A stretch of 64,000 nucleotides of DNA from NCBI GenBank assembly GCA_051294375.1, contig CM119265.1, positions 11,161,818 through 11,225,817 on the forward strand, in the 5' to 3' direction. The DNA is from Paraspadella gotoi. Taxonomy: Eukaryota > Animalia > Chaetognatha. The position numbers were made by a program, and so were the translations under genes. This document shows, piece after piece, positions 52,601 to 64,000 of the stretch; positions within the stretch are counted from its first letter, which is position 1; every line of letters starts with the position of its first letter. The notes beneath the pieces were generated by a model. It saw nothing but the letters and a program-made list of their open reading frames with translations. It was not told the origin of the DNA and ran no database searches.

Positions 52601-55600
52601 CATACCCTTAAGCGACAGTATGCAGCGGTTGCGTGTTCGATAGTAGGGCTTACCACTTATGGCAATGGGGGGACATGTACATGGTGACAATTTTACAAGC
52701 GCCAGTAGAAATACGCTGTCATTTGCAAACCAGGGTTGGCATTAAAAAACCCACCCAAAAAAAAAACAGCTAAAAAAACCTAAAAAAACTCACGAAAAAG
52801 TGGGTTTTTTGGGGTTTTTTTTTATATTTTTTTTAAAATTACTTAAATTTTTTAATATGAAACATTAAATTGTTGAAGCAAAAATCTAAATCATATAAGA
52901 TCTATCATTTTTACAAAGCTTAATATATAATTTAATGAAAATGCAGGAAAATAATATATTGACGTCAGGAAAAAATCTTAACTTAATTAAACACCTTAAT
53001 ATTTTATTAACTCAAATATTGTATTCGAACATCAAAATTTATTTTTAGCCCAAAAGACAAGTTAGTTCGGCAAAAACATGTACTAAAGATGTACTTCAAT
53101 TTTTAATGTATTAGTAATTTATATAAATGTTTATGATGCATATTTATATCAAATTATTTTGAGTATTTAATTACCATTTTCTAATAAGATTAAGTTTATG
53201 CACTTTTTTCATAACAGGTTTTATTCAGAAAATATAATATTTATATTTATTACATTTTTGTTTACCATAAAAGATATTAATTAATTAATACTATTATTAA
53301 ATATTATCAGTATATTTTTATCAGTAATCACTTAAAAAGTATAAATATTTTAAATTTGTATATTAAAAAGTATTAATATGACAGTCTGCTATCTATAAAA
53401 AACCCAAAAAAACCCAGTTGCAAACCAGTGGTTATTTCATTGATTTTAAAAATTAGTTTAGTAGAAAATACTAAAACCAAATGTGTTATTGATCAGTTAA
53501 GATATTCCTTGACAATGAGTGGAGAAAGTTGGCTTTTCAAATCGGGTTTCATTTTCCAACTCACTGTTTTTAAATTCAATTTTTTGCTACTTTTAATAAA
53601 AAAATTATGTCCATTTTTGTCCATTTTGACTTTTGTCTTAAGATTTTTAAATATACTAGTCAAAAATTTACTTTATTACAATTTTTTAAACGAAAATACT
53701 TCAAAATGTCCACAAATCTAATCAAATATTCCATTTCAACGGTGCTTCTAAAAAATTCTAAAAAATTAGGGCAAAAATTTAATAGTTTTTAAGTCAACTT
53801 TTAATTTGTGAGGATTTGTGAGGTGCGTTTTATTTGAACTAAAAACTCGAATAGAAAGGAAAGAAAGAATAGAAAGGAAAGAAAGAATAGAAAGGAAAGA
53901 AAGGAAAGAAAGAAAAGAAAGAAAAGAAAGAAAAGAAAGAATAGAAAGGAATGAAAGAATAGAAAGGAAAGAAAGAATAGAAAGGAAAGAAAGAATAGAA
54001 AGGGGAAAAAAAGAAAATTAATTTATAAACAGAAAGAAAAATTCTATTGTGTGATTGTCAATTTACAGTTACAGTTTCTGAAAAAAAAGGGAAAAAAAAA
54101 GGGAAAAAAAATATTTTTCATTGTCAAAAGAATAAATATAAAACAGTAAAATAACTTATTTTCGAGTTTAATTTTTAGCAAGTGCTAAGACTGGAGTAAC
54201 ATTATTGAAGGTACTTTTGTTTTACTTTAAGCACGCATAAGCGAGCAGTTTGATCGAATGCGACCTCTCTTAACACTGACAGCATTCCCAGACAAAAGAC
54301 AAAGTGAAACTTGAATCAGACTGACGAAGTGAAGTAAAGATTAAAGTGAAATAAAAACCCGATGTTACGATAGCAAAATTATAACATGCATGAATGCGAT
54401 GCCTAATTTTACGAGTTCAATCCCAATTCAATCTTTTTTTTAATAAAAACACACACAGAGAGAGAGAGAGTGAGAGAAAAAGAAAGAAATCAAATGGCAG
54501 CAGCAGAAGCAGCAGGAGAAAAGAGAGAGCCCCTGCAGAGCCAGCTGCAGACTTAAAAGGCAGCAGCAAAAGCAGCAGGAGAAAATAGAAAAAAAGAATA
54601 AGCCCCTGCAGAGCCCGCTGCAGACTCGTTTTTTTCCCTATGATTATGAATCAGTGATAAAACGTAAACAAAACATATTTAATAACTGTCCAGACTCAAT
54701 TTTAAGCACATCGATGATGAGAAGCTGTATATAAATTTTCAGCTTCATAAACCCAAATTTAATCATAAAAAAGGCGATCTATAATTTGGAACGCCGACGA
54801 CGACGACGCCACTTATGCGCAAAAGTGTTACAATATCGTCGCAAACGCTTAGCGATTGCGACGATAAAAAATAGTGGAAAAAATGGAAAAAAAATTTTAA
54901 AATATAGCTTGCCGTTTTTTTGCCTAAACTAAAAAACGCGATTTATCTGACGAGCAATTTAATCTTTAAAAGTTGCCCTTACCATGAAAAATCGTTTTAG
55001 TTTCATCTTAATTAGGGCAGATACCATAATTAGAATGATTAAGGTAAAAGAAATTATGTCTTACCGTACTTTGAAAGCATAGAAATTCACCCAGTGAGTT
55101 CGATGTTATAAGGAGAAAATAACTATAGCCCAACTTTTTTTTAAATAAAGCGTGTTTTATATTAATCAGTGGAAACAAAAGAAATAATAGTTACATAAGT
55201 TTTAATTTTATTGTTATCCATTGTATTAATCCTTTCCGCTTCGTTGAGTTTAGAAATTTGAACAAAGTTTGAAAAATAATTTCATCAACGATTTTATTTA
55301 TGTACGGACATGTTTCGACTCTTTATTTTTCGAGTCTTCAATAAAGAGTCGAAACATGTCCGTACATAATAAAAATCGTTGATGAAATTTTTCAAACTTT
55401 GTTCAAATTTTATTGTTGAAAATACCCGAATAGAAATCACTGTCCTTGGTTTTATTAAGAGTGTCATAAGTGAATTATTTAAAATTTTAAATCTTTTTTC
55501 AAAATATATGACCTGTTTAAATTATTAAAACAAAATATTATTATTTATGTAAGTATCATGAAATAGCCTATCACAATTTGATAAAAATCATAAATTTACT

Positions 55601-58600
55601 CTCCAGCTATTGATTTTTAAAAAGATGCCTCATTTTTTAGTATCCTAATTAAATTAAAGCTGGGTCAGTTAAATTTTATACTACAGTATTCGTAGGTACG
55701 TCATTCTCTTTAGATTTGAAAGAGCTTCCAAAAAATAATAATATTATTATTTTATTTCGAATTTCTTCAGAAAACTTACTGAAAGTAAGAAAAAAATTAA
55801 ATATAAAAAAAGTGAGTTTAAAAATTAGAGACGATTTTCAAATCCATCTTCCTGCTATCATTGCTGAGGCATATCAAAGTCGATTCTGATAAAATTTGCA
55901 TATATAATTAGTTTGGGTTTTTACTATTAAATTCCTATTTAACACTGAAAAAATCTTTATGGGTTTCCAAATAACAGCGTTTTTCTACCGGCGATTGCAA
56001 AATTGTCACCATGTATGATGCCTGGGGTGTGAGGCATCTCCCGACAGCTGGCGCTCAGGGCTTTGGATCTGCAGTGACCACCCCATGTCACTGGCGTGTT
56101 TATGCCGACACCATCACACTAATCAGCGTGACCATGAGGGGAATGAACCAATCCAATGGGACGAGCTGAGTTTCACCAAGCTATACGGGAGGCGATTTTT
56201 TTGTGACCAGAACACGTTCCGAGAAAACTATTGAATTGATTTGAATGAAATTTGGTATGAACGATCCCTATGTGAATACAAATATTGAGGCGAATTTCAA
56301 TATTTGACTCCTGAGCCGAGATATGGGGCCCGTTAGGGGTCACCCATATAAATATATATATAATATATATATAATATATTATATATTAATTAGCAAAAAA
56401 ATTATTAATTTTAGTTTTAAAAAATATTTTTATGTTTAAGACATTGATGAGCCTGATTCTACAAAAAAGTTATAAAAATTAAAACAAATTTTTAGCCTTT
56501 TTTGGCCCCCAAGGGCCCTGTATCTCTCGTCAGGGGTTGAATATTAAAATTCGCCTCGATAGTTCCATTTATATCGTCATTACAACAATGTAAAATTTCA
56601 TGAAATTCTAACGGGTAGTTTGGTGGGAACAGATTCTGGTCACAAAAAAGGGGTACCTCATTTTATAATATGAAGCCTTCTGTATATCACAACCTTGAGG
56701 GTGCACTTTCCATCCCTGATGGAAAAAGAGTTTGGTCTGACGATGAAAGTCTTCAATGATTGTTTGTCAGCAAAGTGAAGATAAGTTCTTGGCTCGCGCC
56801 GGCGCGGGCCTTTGGGAAAGTATTCCACATTGATGATGTTTTCTTGACGGAGAAATATTCTGTAAATGAGAAAAATCTTAACGACAAAATTAGCGCCAAG
56901 GAATATCGTCCAGGACATGATACATTTAATTAGCATCAAATACAGAAGGCTTCATATTATAAAATGAGGAACCCCTTTTTTGTGACCAGAACTCGTTCCT
57001 AGAAAACTACTGGACCAAATTTATTGAAATTTGGAATGAACGATCCCTATGTGAATACTAATATAACTATCGAGGCGAATTTCAATATTTGACCGCTGAG
57101 CCGAGATATGGGCCCCCCGGGGGTCACCCATGGGGGTAAAAAAATGGTCAAAAATTTTTTTTAAATTTTTTTTATTATTTTTGTTTTGAACAGTTGGACA
57201 GACGTTTACTCTTCCACAAAAACATATTTATTACCTCAGAAATATTAATTTACCTTAATTTTTAGCTTCATGAACATCAGCAGTTAAAGTCAGATTTGGA
57301 ATAATTTGGGAAAATTTGAAGTAAAACGATGAACCATGCATCTTCAACCATGCTTAATTATTACAAATTTATCAATTTCAGTTCTAAAATGTTTTTTTCT
57401 TATGTTTAAAACGTCATTGCACCTGATGCTACTAAAAAATTTTGAAAAATAAAATAAAAATTTTTAGCATTTTTTGGCCCCCAAGGGGTCCACCCCCAGG
57501 GCCCTGTATCTCTTGTCAGGGGTTGAATATCAAAATTCGCCTTGGTAGTTCCATTTATTTAGTCATTAGCACTCTAAATGTTAAATTTCATTAAATTCGA
57601 TTGGGTAGTTTGGTGGGAACAGATTCTGGTCACAAAAAAGGGGTACCACATTTTATAATATGAAGCCATCTGTAATCTGTATGCTTTCCAAGCGCGATTC
57701 ATCTATTCTCACTTTTGCAATTCCTCCAAGGTAACGTCGTCCGGAAACCCGCTTAGCTGAAGAGGCCAACTCTTGAACTTTTTTGTCAGTGTGTAGGAAA
57801 GGCAGGCGGTGCCCAAGGTGATCCGTGGCTTCTCAGCCAAAACTTTACGGCCGACCTGATAATCCATCCAAACAAATGCCACCCGGTTTCGCATCCACGT
57901 CACCTGAAAAAAAAATTAGAAAATGCCAGTTCTACACGGATTTCAAATCGGAGTTTAATGAAAAGATGTTATTGCTCACTCAATATGGTTGATACTTAAT
58001 CATTTCATTAGTTAGAAAATTCCCTGATGTTTATGTTTCTAAATAACAAATTGAGAATAATTGGTTCGTTTGTCTTCCAGCAGCTTTTTTTGCTGCATTT
58101 TTCCCTCTTATTTGATAATTCAAATTCATTGTGAAAAAAATTGAGACGAATAATTTCTTTTATATTCATTTGGGGATGTGCATCGTTTCTAAAACTATTT
58201 AGTAATTTTAAATGATATTGGTACCGATCGATAGGAAATTCAAAATATTATCTACATACAAAATTTCATCAAAATCGGATAATCCGTTCAAAAGTTATGG
58301 CAAAAAAACAATCTCGAAAATCGCGCTTCAAATCGATCAACTTTCACTTAAAATCGAACTCGTTTTGATCCAATAAGGATTTGAACTACGCGTTAGACTA
58401 AGCTTTAAATCGGTAATCGAGATTAGGCGCAATCCGGGCCTCGTAAGAAGTAATTGAAGAAGCGAAACAAGGAAAAGAGGTAATCATTAGAAAGGTAAAT
58501 GAATAAAATAATAAAATTATAACAAATATGTAGATAAATCATAAGAGAACAAAACAAGTTATCAATGAAAAGTATAGCGAGTGATTCGCCAGGAAAATTA

Positions 58601-61600
58601 CTATTTAACTAACGTCAATTTAAATTTATATCGTTAATTTAAGATCAGAGAATTCACTATCGTACTTCACGATTAATTTTTCATTTTTGAATCTTTCAAT
58701 TTGACGAAAATTGATTTGACTATGATAACATAAAACTATGATTAAAAAAATGATTGATTATGACAAATTGATGAAATGAATAAATATTATAACTAATAAC
58801 GATGACGATGGTTTAATATTTAAAATTTGTCATATCTGAATCCTTATTTATTTATAAATAAGTTGAGCAAACAATATCGGATTTGCCTACAATAATTAGT
58901 GCCAATCAGCTAAAAAGATGCAAGTTGAAAAAGTATGCAGATGAAAAAGTATGCAAGTGAAAAAAGTATGCAAGGTGAAAAAAGTATGCAAGTTGAAAAA
59001 AGTATGCAAGTTGAAAAAAGTATGCAAGATTGAAAAAAGTATGCAAGTTAAAAAAGTATGCAAGTTGAAAAAAAGCTATGCAGTTGAAAAAAAGTATGCA
59101 AGTTGAAAAAAGTATGCAAGTTGAAAAAAAGTATGCAAGTTGAAAAAAAGTATGCAATTAAAATAGTATGCAATTTAAAATAAGTATGCATTTAAATGTA
59201 TGCAATTTGAAGAAAGTATGCAAAAGTATTGCAATTTGAAAAAATGTATGCAAAAGTATGCAATTTGAAAAAATGTATGCAAAAGTATGCAATTTGAAAA
59301 AATGTATGCAAATATGCAATTTGAAAAAATGTATGCAAAAGTATGCAATTTGAAAAAATGTATGCAAAAGTTATGCAATTTGAAAAAATGTATACAAAAG
59401 TATGCAATTTGAAAAAATGTATGCAAAAGTATGCAATTGTGAAAAATGTATGCAAAAGTATGCAATTTGAAAAAATGTATGCAAAAGTATGCAATTTAAA
59501 AAAGTTATGCAAAAGTATGCAATTTAAAAAAGTATGCAAAAGTATGCATAATTGAAAAATTATGCATACTTTGAAAAAAAGTAGGCATATTTTAAAAAAG
59601 TATGCATACTTCAAAAAGTATGCATACTTGATAAAAGTATACATACTTTTTTCAAAGTATGCATACTTTGAAAAAGTATGCATACTTTGAAAAAATATGC
59701 ATATTTTAAAAAAATATGCATACTTCAAAAAAGTATGCATACTTCAAAAAAAGTATGCATCTTCAAAAAAGTATGCAACTTTGAAAAAAGTATGCATACT
59801 TGAAAAAAGTATGCATACTTTGAAAAAAGTATGCATACTTTGAAAGTATCGATACTTTGAACAAAAGTATGGCATACTTGAAAAAAGAATATGCATTATT
59901 TTAAAAAAAAGTATGCATACTTCAAAAAGATATGCATATTTTATTAAAAAGTATGCGATACTTTGAAAAAGTAATTGCATACTTTGAAAATAGTATGCAT
60001 TATTTTACACAAAAAGTATGATACTCAAAATTTAATTCCAACCCAAACAGCCAATCACGAGTTATTGAGCTTTTTGCTAAGGTGGGACGGATGGACGGAT
60101 TGATTAACTAATTAATTAATTATTGATTAATTTATTTACTAATTGATTATTAACTGATTAATTATTTGATTTATTAATACATCCTGCATATACATTTAAT
60201 ATAAAAGGAAAAAGAAGCATAATCAATTAGTAAAACATGTTTTTTGTTTTTTTCCATTTAAACTCATTTCCACTCAAACGATTCCATCGAAACTTGATTT
60301 CCTGTTCAATCACACACTTTCCAACCCACATACAAATTCCAGGTCAATCAGCCCATCCACTCATGAGCAATTGGTGTTCAAATAGTGAATATATTTTTTG
60401 GTTTTTTCCATTTAAACTCATTTCCACTCGGACGATTCCATCGAAACTTCATATCCAGCTCAATCACACACTTACCTATCACACACAAAATTTCATTCCA
60501 AATCCATCCATCCAATCACGAGTAATTGGTGTTTTTTGCTAAGGTGGGACGGACGGACGGACACGACGGACGGACATCATTTTTTTGCATAATTTATCAT
60601 AATTCGATGTTCTGACATGATATAAGTTAGTGCCCGACAATATTGAGGGGCGGACCGACGGACCGACAAAGTGAATATTAGAGTCGGGATCTGCTGATAA
60701 GCAGATCCGACTAAAAATATTATAGAGTTTTATTTATCAAAATCTTAAGAGTAGTTATCTCGCCAGAAAATGATTGATGCGATAACGAATTATTGATGTA
60801 AAAGTAATTGTTTGATGTAATTAGTAATTGATTGATGTAATAGTAATTTATTGATGTAATAGTAATTGATTATTGATGCGATGATAACCAAATATTGATG
60901 CGATGATAACCAATAATTGATGCGATGATAACCAATAATTGATTCGATGATAACCAAATGATTAATGCGATGATAACCAATAATTGATGCGATGATAACC
61001 AAATGATTGATGCAATGATAACAAAATATTCATGCAATGATAAACAAATGATTGATGTGATGATAACCAAATGATAGACATTAATTGTTGTGATGATAAT
61101 CATCATTGATATGATGATAGTCATTATTTGATGCGATGATAGTCATTCATTGACACAATGAATCATTCATCGTAAATAAAACAAACTAATGCGTGTATGA
61201 GTACAAACGCTGCAGAGCCCCAACTCGTTTACTCGTCGCCTAGTGACGGTGGTGAAATCTAGGTCAAGACGATCGAACTTTATTTACAACAAAAGTTTTC
61301 CTGCCAACGAGTCGCATTATTAGGTCACTCTCGTTTATATCGGTTATCCGTTGCTCGCAATGGCGGGCGTGATCTAGGTTTTTTTATACAGCTAACGCCT
61401 CGACGCTTTGAAATTGGGTCATGTTGATTTTTTTTTATACACGTAACATTTCCGTTACCATTGAAACGCGTTATTAGGTTATGTTCCTCGACATTGTTTA
61501 CATAAAAAAATAAGAATATGATATGAAAATGACAATTTCAAAGATCTTGATTATTAGGAGCCATATCTAAATTTTCAACTCCCTATGATATCATCACCTT

Positions 61601-64000
61601 TTACAGAAATCAATCGTTTTAAAATAAAACAAACTAATCCGAACATTATACCGTTCCGATCCGTTCCGATCCGTTTCGTGTCGTTTCGTTTCGTTCCGTT
61701 CGTTCCGTTCCGTTTCTTCGTTTTCGTTTCGTTCCGTTTCGTTCCGTTTCGTTCCGTTCGTTCGTGTTCCGTTTCGTTCCGTTTCGTCCGTTTCGTTCCG
61801 TTTCGTTCCGTTTCGTTCCGTTTCGTTCCGTTTCGTTCCGTTCCGTTCCGTTTCGTTTCGTTTCGTTCCGTTTCGTTCCGTTTCGTTCCGTTCGTTCCGT
61901 TTCGTTCCGTTTCGTTCTATTCCGTTCGTTCCATTAAAAAATACGGTAAAGCCATGTTGAAAAGCTGTTTTAATCTGGCCCGGATCGCGCATGATCAATC
62001 CTTTTTTTTCGATCAAGTCCTCATTAGATAACCTCTATAACCAGTTTTAAATACGGCCCGGATTGCGCTTAAAATCGGCTTTACCGTGCGATAAACGGAC
62101 TTCATTCGTATTTGCATGATAATTTAATAGACTAAATTTTAGTCCGCGCGTCTACCTGAAACAGATAGTATAAACAATACAGTTTCTTTCGATGTGTTTA
62201 GAAAAAAAAAAAAAATGAAGGCTTGACTATGCAGTTTTCACCTAAAAACCAGTTCATTTGATTGCTTTATCAAGCATTAAAGATTGCAAAATTTAAACTT
62301 TTCTTTTTTTTATTGTGTAGAGAAGACAAAAGGCTATCCGAAACCGTACTGATATGTATGATTTGTTCTATTTTCCAAAAGATCAAACAGGCTTTTGGGA
62401 AAAGGGAAAAAACGGCCTGACCAGTCAATTTAAATACCATTTTTGGGATGATAAAATGGAAATTTCGATCGCGCTCTACCTCCGTTGGCTTCCCAAGACG
62501 CCAAGCTTTCAGAATCTGCCCATATTGTTATAATTTTTTTGGGCCGGTGACTTATGCGAGTTAATGTGATAGAGTGAGGATATTAGAGGATTCTGATTCG
62601 GAACTTCGATTCGAACGATGCGCAGCCCTAATTCATTATGTAGTATAATTTCTTGAGAGCATGAACACAAATTATCATTAATAATAATTCTCTTGCCAGA
62701 TCATTGTTCTTTTCCAATTTTTTTTCAAAGATTAAATTTTTATTTTCTATAAGTTTCTATAAGATGGAAAGGGCGGTCTTGTGACAGTGAAAAAGTTTTT
62801 GACATTCTGATTGCTGAGACACATAATTTAATGTCTATATTTGCAAGATAAACCCAAATTTTTTTATCATTTCATTCTTTCATTTCTTTCAAATACAAAA
62901 ATTTCCTTTTTTGAAATTCGATCATGGCATTAATGAGGTGTTTTTAATCATATCAAGAAATGATGCAGATTTATGTACAAATACATTAACAGGTAAATAA
63001 AATAAAACAAAAAAAGAAAACGAAAAAGTTAGGTAATCAAAGCAAGCTGGACTACTGGGAGTTAAAAAATATAAAAAAATCTTAAAAGTATAATGATCTC
63101 GCCGGACGTTACTATCAAAGAAAATTAAAGAAAAAATCTGAAAAAAAAGCATGATTGATGCGATAACAAATTATTAATGTAATAATAATTGATTGATTGA
63201 TGTAATAGTAATTGATTGATTGATGTAGTAATTGATTGATTGATATAATAGTAGTTAATTGATGTAATAGTAATTGATTGTTTGATATAATAGTAATTGA
63301 TTGATTAATGTAATAGTAATTAACTATTTATGCGATGATAACCAATTATTGATGCGATGATAACCAATTATTGATGCGATAATAACAAAAGAATTGATGC
63401 GATGATAACCAAATGATTGATACGATAATAACCAAATGATGGATGCGCTAATAGTCATTCATTGATGCTATGATAATCATTCACTGATGCGATGATAATC
63501 ATTCAATGATGCGATGATAATCATTCAATGATGCGATGATAATCATTCACTGATGCGATGATAATCATTCATTGATGCGAATATAATCATTCATTGATAC
63601 AATGATAATCAATTAATTCATTGATACAATGATAATCATTCATTGATACAATGATAGTCATTTATTGATGCGATGATAATCATTCATCGTAAATAAAACA
63701 AACAAATGCATGTATGAGTGAGACAGTGAAAAAAAGAGAGAGAAAGAGAAAAAGAGATAAAAAGAAGCTGGGATCAAAATTTGAAGTAGCTATAATTAAT
63801 AATTTAGGCACAGTATTTGATCTTTTCATTTCACTCACATTTTAAATCAGTATAAATTGGTATTGCTCTTCTCTCTCGGCGTTTTAACAATGCTTTAGAA
63901 TATTTTCATAACTCGAAATTTTACCTTAACCGGAGTGCCGAGTTCACGCCTCATCCTCTCAGCCAAGACGTGCTTAAAAAGGCCGGACGGAAGATTGGAA
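49605..64000 (-). CDS. Acidic multi-RRM-like putative RNA-binding protein, paralogue 1 (5' end outside window)
   Basis: Exons 63925-64000 (partial), 57713-57903, 56694-56859, 51405-51573 and 49605-49936 join in frame through GT-AG introns: SNLPSGLFK...VAFVWMD...WPLQLSGF...INVE...TYLHF...VFFVRL...GFIYFEKKSS. Colinear with the 31336-38769 protein. Confidence 0.8.
50011..51297. mobile_element. Foldback/MITE with ~380-bp terminal inverted repeats
   Basis: 50011-50390 is the near-perfect reverse complement of 50918-51297; ~530-bp non-coding spacer; TSD unclear; occupies most of the last intron of RRM-like paralogue 1. Confidence 0.85.
51644..52196 (+). mobile_element. Short HINE/DINE-like element
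   Basis: Both termini present. Confidence 0.75.
52282..52364 (-). ncRNA. P5-type twister ribozyme, family F (copy 1)
   Basis: Minus strand: GCTGG-TTAAA-GTGT-GA[TGG]-TGTCGGCA-T^AA-ACAC-..-P3-CAGG-T[CCA]AAGC-CCTG...CCAGC. Confidence 0.78.
53848..54004 (+). repeat. Purine-rich 9/18-bp tandem repeat (AGAAAGGAA/AGAAAGAAT)
   Basis: Direct observation. Confidence 0.9.
55252..55411. mobile_element. Palindromic PLE pLTR remnant (inverted duplication of hammerhead 3' half plus tail)
   Basis: ~75-bp arms ...ACGGACATGTTTCGACTCTTTATT / AATAAAGAGTCGAAACATGTCCGT... Confidence 0.75.
56047..56127 (-). ncRNA. P5-type twister ribozyme, family F (copy 2)
   Basis: As copy 1, with intact T2 GC and a perfect P3 CAGTGAC/GTCACTG. 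Confidence 0.78.
56943..57672. mobile_element. Tc1/mariner-type MITE with TA TSD
   Basis: TIRs CAGAAGGCTTCATATTATAAAATG... / ...CATTTTATAATATGAAGCCATCTG flanked by TA; second, interrupted copy 52201-56682. Confidence 0.8.
58858..60713 (-). mobile_element. HINE/DINE-like element with expanded TATGCA minisatellite (58915-60000)
   Basis: Both termini present; ~1.1-kb array of ~17-18-bp units. Confidence 0.75.
61650..61932 (+). repeat. (CGTTY)n microsatellite
   Basis: Tandem CGTTT/CGTTC. Confidence 0.95.

Larger units (their letters stand above)
52680..56013. mobile_element. TA-TSD DNA element with ~50-bp TIRs, carrying further nested repeats
   Basis: TA|CATGGTGACAATTTT... and ...AAAATTGTCACCATG|TA. 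Confidence 0.8.
52231..56190 (-). mobile_element. Twister family F element: 1.5-mer tandem of a ~427-nt monomer; second unit split by a 3.3-kb TA-TSD insertion
   Basis: Unit 1 is 52231-52657. Unit 2 starts TATGGCAA at 52658, breaks at 52679 and resumes at 56016-56190. tRNA-like segment with GGTTCAATCCC (52366-52437); long-range pairings TATGGCAA/TTGCCATA and GGGGGGACATGTGTG/CACACATGCCCCCC. Confidence 0.82.

Noticed and set aside
58906-59980. Repetitive ORFs (also 61585-62031, 53818-54021, 34588-34947, 39592-40008)
   Set aside because: Translations of mini/microsatellites or low-complexity DNA

Overview
AT-rich, repeat-dense, intron-containing eukaryotic (most likely invertebrate animal) genomic DNA. 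There are three minus-strand protein genes: a complete 17-exon gamma-tubulin complex component 3 (TUBGCP3/Spc98, 30612->2387, ~1012 aa, one GC-AG intron) and two tandem, divergent paralogues encoding acidic multi-RRM-like proteins (64000->49605, 5' truncated; ~38769->31336) that share no intron position. Introns and intergenic DNA contain Helentron-associated (HINE/DINE-like) elements, MITEs, Penelope-type minimal hammerhead ribozymes, and a 6.1-kb non-autonomous gypsy-like LTR element carrying a DEDDy 3'-5' exonuclease where RT/integrase would be expected. The most striking signal is ten P5-type twister ribozymes from six divergent repeat families, with covarying pseudoknots. Most lie directly behind a tRNA-like Pol III head, two families occur as 1.5-mer tandem arrays with twisters ~420-430 nt apart, and in every family the P1 helix is replaced by a loopless palindrome. 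This suggests a twister-based, dimer-activated retrozyme/circular-RNA retroelement system. All structures and alignments were read by eye; none were computed.
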